Shown here: piece by piece, positions 52,451 to 64,000 of the stretch | How positions within the stretch are numbered: the stretch's first letter is position 1 | How the letters are laid out: the number at the start of each line of letters is the position of its first letter | Translations under genes and position numbers: made by a program | Origin: Octopus bimaculoides | Lineage: Eukaryota | Direction: 5' to 3' | NCBI RefSeq assembly: GCF_001194135.2 | Contig: NC_068988.1 | Span: 51,087,778-51,151,777 of the forward strand | DNA length: 64,000 nucleotides | Notes under the pieces: model-generated | Database searches by the model: none | What the model saw: the letters and a program-made list of their open reading frames with translations, nothing else | What the model was told of the DNA's origin: nothing

Positions 52451-53177
52451 TTTAAACTTGATTCTAACTGAAAAAACAGGTGCATTTTATACATGGAGCA
52501 AAGCTAAAACTATGTAGGGAAAAAATTTAGTACCAAGATTTAACACTAAGATATGTGGTATATACACAATAAGGTATACATGCCTATGTATTTGCTATTA
52601 GCTTTGCCTTTCATCTTTTTGTGGCGGTAGCATAATAAAGTAAAGTGTCATTCTTTAGGGCCAGTATAATCAAATGTTTGTTCCTTCAAGTTTGTGGTCT
52701 TCTGCTTATGTTCAAAAGTATATATTACCATTATTAGGGCAGTGGAAAGGTGGCAAACCTGAAGAATCATTAGCACACCAAACTGATTAGCAGCATTTCA
52801 TCAATTTCTACATTCAGCATTCCAATTCCACTGAATTTTGCCTTTCATCCTTTTGAGGTCAATAAAGCAAGTACCAGTCAATGTAATCACCCCTCTCCAA
52901 AATTTCAGATCTTGGGCCTACAGTCGGAAGCATTATTAGGACAGTGGATGGCATAAACAGGAGAGCAATAGAAAAATGCTTTGCAGTATTTAATTATGTT
53001 CCATTATGGTCTTTAGCAGTCAACTTTGCTTCCATCCTCCTATAGTTGATAGAAAGAAAATGGTCAAGAATTATGTGGATGGGGTGAAAATAAGGAGTTG
53101 TACACTACTTGTGCTTATGGTAGACATGTTGTTATACTTACTCTTTTTTATTGTTTCTTTATATGATATTATATATG

Positions 53178-53485
53178 CAGGCATGGCTGTGCGGTAAGAA
53201 GTTCGCTTCCCAACCACATGGTTCTAGGTTCAGTCCCACTGCATGGCACCTTGTGTGACACCTCTACCATTGCTTTGGGCCAACCAAAGCTTTGTGAGTG
53301 GATTTGGTAGATGTACATGTGTCTTTGAGTCTCTATTTGTCCCCCATCACCTCTTGAAAACAGGTGTTGACATGTTTACATCTTGTAACTTAGCAGTTCG
53401 ACAAAAATATTTGACAGAATAAGTACTGTAGTTGATTCATTCAACTAAATTTCTTCAAGGTGATGCTCCAGCATGGTCACAGTCT
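53178..53485 (+). mobile_element. SINE family A, diverged copy
   Basis: Head and tail motifs as in the 22794 copy. Confidence 0.8.
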
Positions 53486-53690
53486 TGAAGCACAGGGAAT
53501 TGAGGTTTTTGTGACATATTTCTTAGTAAATATAACAAATGTTTACTTATTGAAATTTGATATTTTTCATGTAATAAGATTTTATTCCAAGCTTTGAATC
53601 TAAATTTGAACTTTTCATTTGGAGCAGCTTTAGATGGATTGGCACTGAAAGGGACCGTGTGATTTGAGGGAAATTTGGATGCTGTTTCTT

Positions 53691-53931
53691 ATTTCTTTAT
53701 TTCCCACAAAGGGCTAAACATAGAGGGGCCAGACNNNNNNNNNNNNNNNNNNNNNNNNNNNNNNNNNNNNNNNNNNNNNNNNNNNNNNNNNNNNNGTGCT
53801 TAATTTATCGACCCCCGAAAGGATGAAAAGCAAAGTCGACCTCGGCAGAATTTGAACTCAGAACGTAACGGCAAATGAAATTCCTCTAAGCATTTCGCCT
53901 GGCGTGCTGACGTTTCTGCCAGCTCGCTGCC
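53691..53931 (-). mobile_element. SINE family C (Nin-like CTTTCATCCTTTCGGGGTCGATAAA block) with 17-bp TSD
   Basis: TSD TTTGGATGCT(G/A)TTTCTT at 53674-90 and 53932-48. A related copy lies at 8125-8325 (-). Confidence 0.85.
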
Positions 53932-54952
53932 TTTGGATGCTATTTCTTGCTGATTCCTTTACTCACTCCTGCTTTAATTGTTTAATACTAGAAGTATACT
54001 TTATCTTTCTTGAAAGAATTGGAGGATAGATTTTACTGGCAAGGCCAAGCAAAACGTGACTGACGGATAGACCATAAGTAAGATGATTGGATAATATCCT
54101 TAACCTCAGTTGTTCTCGTTAGAGGGTCCAGCCAAAACATTTGCAGACAGTTGCTTTTGAAAGAACCTTCTGAATGGTGTGTTTGAGGACTCTGCATCCA
54201 CAACCTGCTCAAGTCTAATGGGTGATGAAGACGGATATCAGAAAAATCTTCCAGAATAATTATTAAGTAGTAATCTGAAGATGATATTGATTCCCTTTCA
54301 TAAGTGAAATGCATTTATTAGAGAAAGCACATTGTGCCAGACTAAATGACTTCATTTCTAAATTTCAAATCCAACTAACTTGAGTTCTCTGAAAAAGGAT
54401 GTAACTCTGAGTGGAGTCGAAATACTTACAAAGTATGAATTGACGTTATTATTTAGGCCTAAATGATCAGATTTATGATCAAAGACTTTTCAACCATGAC
54501 CTCATCTATCATCCTATGTGTCATTAAGTTTTAAAGACGGTATTTGTGGGAATTTGGTTGCTATTCGACCAAATTAACTCAGCTTAGAGTTTCTAGAGTT
54601 GCCTCCCTGGAAACTGTTATATCTCAGAGAGACCAACATAATTGGACAGTTTGTTAAGATAAGCTTTATTTAACATTAATTCTGTTATTTAAAGAATAAA
54701 TTAATTTAGTATCAGTTCAATTTTTCTTCTGCGAAAAAAGTTACCAAGCTGCGGCTCAACACTGAAAAATAACTCGGGGAAAGACCTGACCTATCAACTT
54801 AGACAACGATTGAAAACAACAAATGTATGAAAAAGTAAAGTGATTAAAAAAAGGAAAAAGAAAAAATTAAAAACATAAAAGATTAAATTAGCGAGAGAAA
54901 AAAACCAATTCGACAGATAAAACTTTATTTTAATACTTATTGCTGATAGCGC

Positions 54953-55278
54953 GTGGAGGCGCAATGGCCTAGTGGTTAGAGCAGCGGACTCGCGGTCATA
55001 GGATCGCGGTTTCGATTCTCAGACCGGACGTTGTGAGTGTTTATTGAGCGAAAGCACCTAAAGTTCCACGAGGCTCCGGCAGGGGATGGTGGCGAACCCT
55101 GCTGTACTCTTTCTCTCACTCTTTGTTCCTGTTTCTTCCAGCCTTGTCACACTGTGTCACACTGAATATCCCCGAGAACTACATTAAGCCACTTGCACGT
55201 TAATTTCACGAGCAGGCTGTTCCGTTGATCGGTTCGACTGGAACCCTCGACGTCGTAAGCGACGGAGTGCCAACAAAA
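54953..55278 (+). mobile_element. SINE family B with 11-bp TSD and internal deletions
   Basis: Same head and tail as the 46857 copy; TSD GCTG(A/C)TAGCGC at 54942-52 and 55279-89. A further partial copy lies at about 63156-63410. Confidence 0.9.
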
Positions 55279-55714
55279 GCTGCTAGCGCACAGCATTGTC
55301 ACCGGTAACAACAATTCCAATAACCACTAACAAGAGGAAACCGCTGTGTGGTCGCTCTCAAACATCCTATCACCTTTAAAAAAAAATGGTTGAAAACACA
55401 TTAGATAGTCCTCGACTCAATATCTAACAATAAGATGAAATGGTCATGGTTGGAACGCTTTAATCATAGGTCTGCTTGATCAGGAAGCATCGGCGTAGTC
55501 GCTAGGTGTGCTAATAATAGTAGTTCAGCTCTGACCCCGAAATATACCCTACTATCTTAGAATAAGGACACCACTCATTAGATAGTGTAATCTTACGTAG
55601 GCCTAAAAAGACTGAAGGAACTCTTTCAATCATAGTTGTTCTCTATCGAGAGTATCTTCGAGGTTAATAAATAACAAGTATTATTAACAAGGCAGTTAAT
55701 AGTATTTGTGAAGG

Positions 55715-55980
55715 GTAGAAGGCGACGAGCTAGCCGAATCGTAAGTGCGCAGAGTAAAATACTTAGCGGCATTTCGTCTGTCTGCCCGTTCTGAGTTCAA
55801 ATTCTGCTGAGGTCGGCTTTGTTTTTCATCCTTTCGAGGTCGGCTTTGTTTTTCATCCTTTCGAGGTCGGCTTTGTTTTTCATCCTTTCGAGGTCGATAA
55901 AATAAATCCCACTTGGGGTTGACGTAATTGACTATACGCATCCCCGCAAATTTCAGGCTTTGTGCTTATAATAGAAAGAA
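55715..55980 (+). mobile_element. SINE family C with internal 27-bp triplication
   Basis: GAGGTCGGCTTTGTTTTTCATCCTTTC occurs three times at 55809-55889. Confidence 0.88.
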
Positions 55981-56094
55981 TTATTAACAAGGTAGAGAAG
56001 GAGCCTCTGTGTGATCGCTTGACGAACTAGAGATAGCAGTAAAATCTCCCTCAAATCATACCCCACTGTCATAGTTCATGGGGTAAATACCCCA

Positions 56095-57050
56095 CCTTAG
56101 GGATTCAGACATCCTCAGCATGCATTCCACTGGTTGGCAGCAACCCTTCCTCTACAACAGATCACTTTCAGCATCTTCCACATGTGTTAAAGGCGTCTTG
56201 GACGTCGTTTATATACACTGCACGGTACTCCACTGAGCCTTGGAGCAAAAGCTGGCCTTCAGTTTAGCTCATTCATATTGAACACGGCCGTTGGGGTCGC
56301 TAGACTTATAAAGGTTTTGTTCATGTTCACTTGCAGGGTCACCGAAGATGTTACGGGGGAAAGGGGTTTACTTCCTCTGCTGAGCATTTGACATCGCCGC
56401 ATCGCTCGTTACCAAACAGCTTCTTGATAAAACCAAAGGAGTTGGAAATGAACGAGTATTTTGCTTTTTCTCTTCTTCGTCTTTTAAGCCCTTCTGTTCT
56501 GCGAAGGATGATTAGTTTCTTCCTCAAGATATCTCGTAATTTCCACTACAATGTGTTCCTCGTTACTGGCTCCCTAGGACTTTTTCATGAGTCTTCATTT
56601 CCTTCTTCAGTTGTTGTATTTTCGTGGTCCAGTGGTGGTTTATATTGCAGAGCTTGATGAAGCTGAATCTGGAGAACGTATAACTGATAAATTGGTTTGA
56701 TAACCATCAGTCGACTATAAGTGTTGTATTTATACGTTGTCTGTAGCACACATCTTCAAACTTTTGCCACTCACTCGTGTTTGGTGGAGGCCATTTGGTG
56801 AACAATTCAACATAGAGTCTTAATGAACAGGGGTATTGAAGGACACGACACTGTGGCGTGAGAACTGTCCATACCTCTCGTGGGCCTCACCAGGATGTGA
56901 GTTTGTGCATTGTACTTGATTCCTTTTGTCCAGAGACTTAAATCTGGCCTAATTTAATTAATCTTTAGGCCGTGCGGATTCTTACACTCTTGACCGCAGG
57001 TGCATATCGTATTCATCGTCCATTTTCCGTTCTGTTGGTTCGAAATCCGT
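56095..57050 (-). mobile_element. HERO-clade non-LTR retrotransposon, N-terminal part up to the start of RT
   Basis: CTCGQECKNPHGLKI zinc finger, KWPPPNTSEWQKFED, LRDILRKKLIILRRTE..RRRREKAK..FISNSFGF.KKLFG, SGVPCSVYKR, MWKMLKVI..RG and AEDV*IPK (cf. AEGVWIPK). Confidence 0.8.
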
Positions 57051-57062
57051 GATTCATATATA

Positions 57063-58132
57063 TTAGGTCGTCAAGTATGAAATTTGTAGAAAAGAAAAAG
57101 AGGTTTGCTAATGTTTTATAAATACAAGAAATAATTTTATTCATCAAAGTATGCACCCATATTGTCAAAACACTTTTGCCATTTCAGCGGTAGCTTGTCC
57201 AGCTCGGAACTGTAAAAACCTGGCAATCAAGAATCAATAAAATCTTGGAAGGCCTGTTTTACAGCATCATCTGAATTAAATTTTTTTCCTATCAAAAAGG
57301 TATCCAAATTCTGGAAGAAGTGGTAGTCAGTGGGTATGGTGGATGATGGAGAACTTCCAACTCCAACTCCTGTAGTTTCACCAATGTCATTTTTGCGATG
57401 TGTGGTCTGGCATTGTCTTGCAGTAAAATAGGAGTGGATCTGTTGACCTATCTAGGTTGTTTCTTTGTCAAGTTTCTGCATCATTTGGTCCAGTTAGCTG
57501 CAGTATACTTCAGCCGTGATTGATGAGCCAAGTTTAATGAAATCATAATAGATCACACATGCGCCAGACCACCAAGCACACACAAATCAGCTTCTTTTGA
57601 TGAAGTTTGCTTTTTGGACTGTATTTTGGTGGCTCGTCTTTGTCCAACCATTGTGCTAAATGTTTACGGTTGTTGTATTGGATCTATTTCTCATCACATG
57701 TTACAATTCAGTTAAAAAATGATTCATTCTTGTGACGAGAAAGTACCATAATGCAGGCTTCCAAAACGTTGCTGTTTCTGATTTTCATTGAGTTCATGTG
57801 GAACCCACTTATCCAACTTTTTCACTTTACCGATTTGAACTAAGTGAGCCAATATTGTCTGCTTGCTAGCACCAAACAGCAGCGATGATTCACAGGCACT
57901 TTGAGATGGATCTGACTCGACGGTGGCTTTCAGTTCGTCATTATCCACCTTCGTTTCTGATCGACCGCGTTGCTCATTTGTGAGATTAAAGTTACCATAA
58001 CGAAATTTTGCAAACCAATTTGATGCTGTTAGCGGTGTAATAACATTTAAATTCAAAGCGACTGACGACTAGCATCACGCTTGAAACTCAAAAGTACCAA
58101 CGAATTTGAATCAAACTGTTTTGATCCATATA
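57063..58132 (-). mobile_element. Mariner element (cecropia/Hsmar1-like), decayed transposase; 5' TIR lost in the gap
   Basis: WFAKFR.G, KKLDKWVPHEL, TCDEK, LLQDNARPHIA, HPPY; TIR TTAGGTCG preceded by TA at 57061. Confidence 0.92.
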
Positions 58133-58825
58133 NNNNNNNNNNNNNNNNNNNNNNNNNNNNNNNNNNNNNNNNNNNNNNNNNNNNNNNNNNNNNNNNNNNN
58201 NNNNNNNNNNNNNNNNNNNNNNNNNNNNNNNNNNNNNNNNNNNNNNNNNNNNNNNNNNNNNNNNNNNNNNNNNNNNNNNNNNNNNNNNNNNNNNNNNNNN
58301 NNNNNNNNNNNNNNNNNNNNNNNNNNNNNNNNNNNNNNNNNNNNNNNNNNNNNNNNNNNNNNNNNNNNNNNNNNNNNNNNNNNNNNNNNNNNNNNNNNNN
58401 NNNNNNNNNNNNNNNNNNNNNNNNNNNNNNNNNNNNNNNNNNNNNNNNNNNNNNNNNNNNNNNNNNNNNNNNNNNNNNNNNNNNNNNNNNNNNNNNNNNN
58501 NNNNNNNNNNNNNNNNNNNNNNNNNNNNNNNNNNNNNNNNNNNNNNNNNNNNNNNNNNNNNNNNNNNNNNNNNNNNNNNNNNNNNNNNNNNNNNNNNNNN
58601 NNNNNNNNNNNNNNNNNNNNNNNNNNNNNNNNNNNNNNNNNNNNNNNNNNNNNNNNNNNNNNNNNNNNNNNNNNNNNNNNNNNNNNNNNNNNNNNNNNNN
58701 NNNNNNNNNNNNNNNNNNNNNNNNNNNNNNNNNNNNNNNNNNNNNNNNNNNNNNNNNNNNNNNNNNNNNNNNNNNNNNNNNNNNNNNNNNNNNNNNNNNN
58801 NNNNNNNNNNNNNNNNNNNNNNNNA
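58133..58825. other. Assembly gap (largest; others at 3892, 5060, 19023, 25328, 53735, 62864)
   Basis: Runs of N. Confidence 0.99.
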
Positions 58826-59014
58826 AATTTTACATGAAAAATGCATGTTTTTTATTTTTTTTCCTCCAAAAACACCCATTCCTTCCTTTGCTTATTTCCT
58901 CCGTTGGTGGCGATGACAAACATTCCTTTTCAATCCCATATTTCACATACATACATACATATTAGATAGAAAGTCGTTGATAAGAATATGGTCCCTAAGA
59001 GACAAAACTCTATC

Positions 59015-59340
59015 AAGGTTTGCATTGGAGTAACCGTTAATTTTAAGTAACGATACTCAGCACATCTGAGCTCTTTTGAATACGAAAAACACCGTAAATC
59101 TACTTCACTAGTCGACCGCATACACTACCTTAAAGAAAAAAGTATTCCATACGATATAATTTGGTCTATTATTGACGCTGATCCTCCATACCAGGACCAA
59201 AATTATCTGTTTTGGCTATGCTTGAAACAATCTCTATAAATACCATCACATAACCCAGCACAATTATTAAACACTCAACATGAAGTGTTCTTCTCTTGTG
59301 TTCATAAATTCTTTAGGATATTTCGATTTTACCACACATC
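59015..59340 (+). mobile_element. Penelope-like element GIY-YIG endonuclease C-terminal remnant
   Basis: CIGVTVNFK*RYSAHLSSFEYEKHRKSTSLVDRIHYLKEKSIPYDIIWSII...LLNTQHE matches the YIG.T..FK.RY..H..SF...ST.L..I..LK...W.I pattern. Confidence 0.75.
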
Positions 59341-59393
59341 AAAATGCAGTAAGATGGATCCTTCTGTATAATTTTCTTGCACATTATTTTCAC

Positions 59394-59826
59394 TCGTGAG
59401 GTGCGTTCAAAAAGTCTCGGACTTTATATTATTCTTGCTAAAACTAATGCCGTGAAGGCAAAATCCTTTGGGCAAGAGGCGATGCCACCCTTCCCGCGCA
59501 CGCACGAAAATTTCCGCGCCTGTAGCCGCGTCTGTTCCCAGGTGTTAGGCCTAGAGTACAGATGTATAGTTCGTGCTCGTTAGATTTTCGTTTACATCAA
59601 ACACATCGAACAGAGATATGCATCAAATTTCGCTAAAAGCTTGGTGATACATAAGCTCAAAACCATCCAGAAGATTCAGCAGGTCTTTGGAGATGATGCC
59701 ATCGACAAATCTCTGATCAAGGAGTGATACAACCGCTTCAAACACAACCGCACCTCGGTTGAGAGCGAGGCACGTTCAGGTAGGCCATCCACTAGCCGAA
59801 ATGAGGATCCGATTGGGAAGGTTCGG
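59394..59826 (+). mobile_element. Mariner 5' fragment (TIR plus transposase N-terminus, irritans-like)
   Basis: TIR-like GAGGTGCGTTCAAAAAGT; EQRYA.KF..KLG...TIQKIQQVFGDDA...IKE*YNRFK...SVESEARSGRPSTS. Confidence 0.85.
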
Positions 59827-60317
59827 TGATTAGTCTGTGTTTGCCCCCCACACACACACACACCATCGCTTGACAACCGATGTTGATGTGTTTACATCTC
59901 TGTAAGCTAACGGTTCGGCAAAAAGAGACCGATAGAATAAGTACTAGGCTTACAGAGAATAAGTCCTGGGGTCGATTTCTTCGACTAAAAAAACCCTTTA
60001 AGGCGATGCTCAAGCATGGCCGCTGTCAAATGACTGAAACAAGTAAAAGATTACTGAGTATAATTCCTTCCCAACTACACACCGTGCTTGAATCACAACG
60101 CTAAACTGCTATAATCAGAAGACGTTCTCTACCTTGTTTGCAACCCTCAAAAACTACTCCACTCCTTTTGGCTATCTGATAATTCTAATCTACACTGCAC
60201 ATCACCACTATAAGTAGGGTCTTTGCCATTATACATATGCTATTCTTCATAGCTTACGACTGAACCTCCCCTTCCCTACTTATTTCACCTTCCCCCGTTT
60301 CTCTCTATGTGCGCGCG

Positions 60318-60348
<31 letters not shown>

Positions 60349-61454
60349 AAAGGAAAATATCGTCGTCAACTAAACGCGACGAAGGTTGTCAAGACATTTA
60401 CATTGCTAGAAATAAAAGCTAAAACGTTCCAAAGCTTTTATAAAGCACATAACATATTCTGATAGGGGCTGCAATTGCCCCGAACGCCGAACTGGGAATT
60501 CCTTAGACTGACCGGTCAGTTTCAGCTATTTCCGTAGCCATCGTCAGTAAGGCCAGTGACTTTCCATCCCACGTGTATCCTCCTGCTGTTTAGTCCATTC
60601 TGTCTTTCTGTGTTGTGTATTCTTATCTGCGCATGCGTTGGTCGCTGTTTAGTTACGTATTTAGGAGTTGGTCGTAAATTTATTGATTGAATTTATTTAC
60701 CGATACGGTTGTACGTAGGGTAAATGTGTTTGAAAGTTCTGGTTTCTTTGATATGTTTGTTCCCAAACAGCACGTATTTTAGTGCTGTTGACACTGCTGG
60801 ATTGAATGGTACTGCCCAGGTGTCGAAACCATAATGATATCTGTGGGGCAGCTGAAGATGGAGGTATGTTGGATTGTTGGTATGGCTGTTTTGGTATATG
60901 TGGAGTATTGTTATAACACATCCTTTATATATATATATATATATATCGAGCGAATTTCCAATGAGTTAACACGGGATCTCACGATAATGTAAACTTCATG
61001 TAATCAAGGTACCCTTGGCCTGAAGAGTAACTTGCGGTCTACTCTTCGTTTGAATAATTTACTACTTCCGGGATTCCGTTAGCTATGAAACATATATAGC
61101 CTAGATTCTATCTACTCCATTTCCTAATTCGGGGAAGCCAAAGTGCGTTGCATTTCGTTACTTAATAAATTAAAAAATGTATAGTAAATACACAAACGAA
61201 AAGAGTGGCTTTAACGGGCATGTGAAAAGTATATTATAGACTGTATATTTAATAAAATGTACATGCCTGAATAGCTCAAAAGCGGATTATAAACTCAGTT
61301 GGCTCCAATTTAACTGCATGCATTACCCGAATATCATTCTGCCAGTGCTTCTGTACCAAGGTTGGTATTCATCTATAATTGGTGTGTATGCATTTTATTC
61401 CGATCTAACTAGGTGCATCACCTCATTTAACTGAATCTTATATATATATTTTTT

Positions 61455-61865
61455 ATCTTCTTGTTTCAGTCATTAGTCTGCGGCCAGGCTGGGGCACCGC
61501 CTTGGTATATTAGTCAAACGAATTTACGCCCTGCACTTATTTCAATCCGGGTGCTTATTCTATTGGTCTTTGTTGCCGAAGCGCTAAATTACAGGGACAT
61601 AAATATACCAACACGGGTTGTCAAGCGGTGGGAGAGGCAAACACTGATACAAAGACGCACACGCACGCACGCACACACAAACACACGCGCACACACGCGC
61701 GCACACACGCGCGCACACACACACACACACATACACACACACTCATACATATATGACAGGATTCTTTCAGTTTCCGTGAACCAAATCCATTTGGTCGGCC
61801 TGCGGCTATAGTAGAAGACACTTGCCCAAGGTGCCACGCAGTAGGACTGAACCCGGAACCATATT
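61455..61865 (-). mobile_element. SINE family A, nearly full copy
   Basis: Reverse complement of family A; central (CA/CG)n. Confidence 0.85.
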
Positions 61866-63770
61866 CTGAACATATAGTACCATCTTTCTAAACCGGACTC
61901 TATTCTGGCTTCTTCACTGCAGCCCTTTCTTCATTTGTTTGAAGTGTTGTTTGGGTGAATCTACTTTCACTTTCTTTACTGTGTGTTGATAGTTTGGGAG
62001 TTTCAAGTTTCTTTGCATTAGTTTTTTTTTCTTGTCATTTCTATGTCCGTGTGACATTTTGATCTTGGATTTCGCTTGCTTTTACATTAGACCAGTGTTT
62101 CCCAATCTCTTTTCCCTCAGGCCACACTATAACTTTCCAGAAAAACGTATGCCTCACCGGTGATCGGAGAAGAAAAAAAAGCAACAACTTTATTTTTCAT
62201 ATTTCATCATAATTATTCAATACAAAAAAATCTACCGGTAACTCTTTTATTAAGTACTGAGTACAAAAAAGTACATTATTGACTAAGAAAAATAAAGTGA
62301 ATTAGTTTAATGAGAACCTTGTGACTGGCGACTACGGCACCTTGACCCAACAAAATGTTTCTAGACCAGGTAAGGCAAATGTCCCACCGGTAGGAATCTC
62401 TGTATCTGTTATTTTCTCAGTTTTGTAACTTTTGCTTCCGAGTTTTTGACGCTATGCCGTATACATTCTCTGTCGTTAAGAGTTCGTCCTTTTTCATTTG
62501 GTTCCATCATTGTATTCTCATACTCTTACACTTTCTATTTCATTCCTTCATTCAATCTGCCTCTCTCGTTCGTTCCATTTCATTCCTCGTGGTTACACAC
62601 ACACACACACTACACACACTTCTCAATCTCTCTCCTCTTTCCATATCCTTCCTTAGTTCACGCCCTCTCTCCCTCTCTCCCTCTCACTCTCCCACACACT
62701 CTCTCCCTCTTCCCTTTTATCTCTCCCTCTCTCACCCTTTCTCTAACTCTAACTCCTAAACAACATAAGCGTTTATTCGTCTCTCCACTAAAGTGAAATT
62801 GAACTGAAAGTTTAAAGTAAAACTTAAAAACGTAGTAGATTTTTTAGTATTTTTTGCCTATAANNNNNNNNNNNNNNNNNNNNNNNNNNNNNNNNNNNNN
62901 NNNNNNNNNNNNNNNNNNNNNNNNNNNNNNNNNNNNNNNNNNNNNNNNNNNNNNNNNNNNNNNNNNNNNNNNNNNNNNNNNNNNNNNNNNNNNNNNNNNN
63001 NNNNNNNNNNNNNNNNNNNNNNNNNNNNNNNNNNNNNNNNNNNNNNNNNNNNNNNNNNNNNNNNNNNNNNNNNNNNNNNNNNNNNNNNNNNNNNNNNNNN
63101 NNNNNNNNNNNNNNNNNNNNNNNNNNNNNNNNNNNNNNNNNNNNNNNNNNNNNNNNGCGAGTTCGATTCTCGGTGGCGCGTTGTGTCCTTGAGAAAGACA
63201 CTTTATTTCACGTTGCTCTAGTCCATTCAGCTGGCAAAAATGAGTAGTATCTGTATTTCAAAGAGTCAACCTTGTCACATTATGTATCATGCTGAATCTC
63301 CATGAGAACTTTGTGAAAGGTACACGTGTCTGTGGAGTGCTCAGCCACTTGGACGTTAATTTCAAGAGCAGGCTGTTCCGTTGATCGGGTGAACCGGAAC
63401 CCTCGTCGTCATATTGGTATGAGAGTTAGAGCGTGCTAAGGCTGGCACTGTTGTGCGAATCAAAAGTTTTATTGTTCAAAGATGTTACAGACAAATATTA
63501 AATTAATGTTATATATTAAAGAATTATTTCACGTTATGTCGAGGTTCATAAATTCTTGTGATGTCAATGATATAGAATTCTCGCTGTTAAGAAAAAGTTT
63601 TCAAAATGGACAAAAAATTCTGTAACGTTTACGGAACACGTTGGTACGAATCCAACAGTCAGTCTACGACTTTTACTGCCTGAAGGGTTTTTTATCAAGT
63701 ACTTACACATTATTATTTATAGCTTTATCGACTTAGAGTTTTTACCATTCCCAAAACGAATATATATATA

Positions 63771-64000
63771 TACTAGCAGTATAACCCCACGTTGTCCGGG
63801 TGTGACTTATTACGCCATCTACGATAAGTCTTGCTAGGTGAAAATCAACTAAAAAAGAAAGACTTACAACGAAAAAACACTTATGATGTAAATATGTTCG
63901 TAATTCTAAAGATGATGAAATTAAAAGGGTAAGTTTGAAGGCTGTTTTGCGTAACATTATTAATCGTACGTAAATTTCATCCGTCTAATTGGCTATACAA
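63771..64000 (+). mobile_element. Possible Helitron-type 5' end inserted in (TA)n
   Basis: TACTAGCAGTATAACCCCACGTTGTCCGGG resembles ACTAG...ACCCGGCGTTGCCCGGG starts of invertebrate non-autonomous Helitrons; the other end is not in the window. Confidence 0.4.

Noticed and set aside
54200-54260. GDEDGYQKNLPE on the + strand as the missing EF-hand
   Set aside because: Loop spacing is non-canonical, it is flanked by stops, and there are no helices or splice sites in phase.
55809-55896. Direct repeats resembling a CRISPR array
   Set aside because: No spacers; tandem duplication in a eukaryotic SINE.
58081-58965. ORFs of 243-294 aa
   Set aside because: They span an N-gap (mostly X); the ORFs at 62824-63201 are the same kind of artefact.
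60820-60865. GAAA ... CTGAAGA as a type II hammerhead
   Set aside because: Stems III and I do not pair.
60701-60921. Death-domain resemblance (RHLG...EQTYQ)
   Set aside because: The conserved downstream Trp and the hydrophobic pattern are missing.
62095-62402. hAT-like MITE starting CAGTGTTTCCCAA
   Set aside because: The right TIR is poor and there is no matching 8-bp TSD.

Overview
AT-rich, repeat-dense animal genomic DNA with several N-gaps. The SINE and LINE families and the (TA)n/(TG)n/(GAT)n microsatellites point to an octopod cephalopod (inference). One host gene is well supported: a + strand EFCAB14 (KIAA0494)-like type II membrane protein. Six coding exons were reconstructed by hand (13721-13869, 37345-37490, 40467-40565, 44251-44361, 45954-46043, 47959-48165), all with AG/GT ends and compatible phases; the first coding exon was not found and probably lies left of the window. 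The protein stops after a Thr-rich tail, and no EF-hand exon was found. The rest is transposon debris: RTE, CR1-like, HERO-clade and Penelope retroelements, three mariner remnants, piggyBac- and hAT-type MITEs, and four SINE families. The most striking unexplained structure is a set of hammerhead ribozyme (HHR) motifs, mostly arranged as head-to-head palindromes: a nearly intact pair in a 472-bp foldback at 3333-3804, CpG-decayed pairs of a second family at 14292-14429 and 33956-34026, and a single motif at 43687-43750. Almost all ORFs in the supplied track are microsatellite or SINE artefacts. All protein family assignments come from manual translation and remembered motifs, not database searches.
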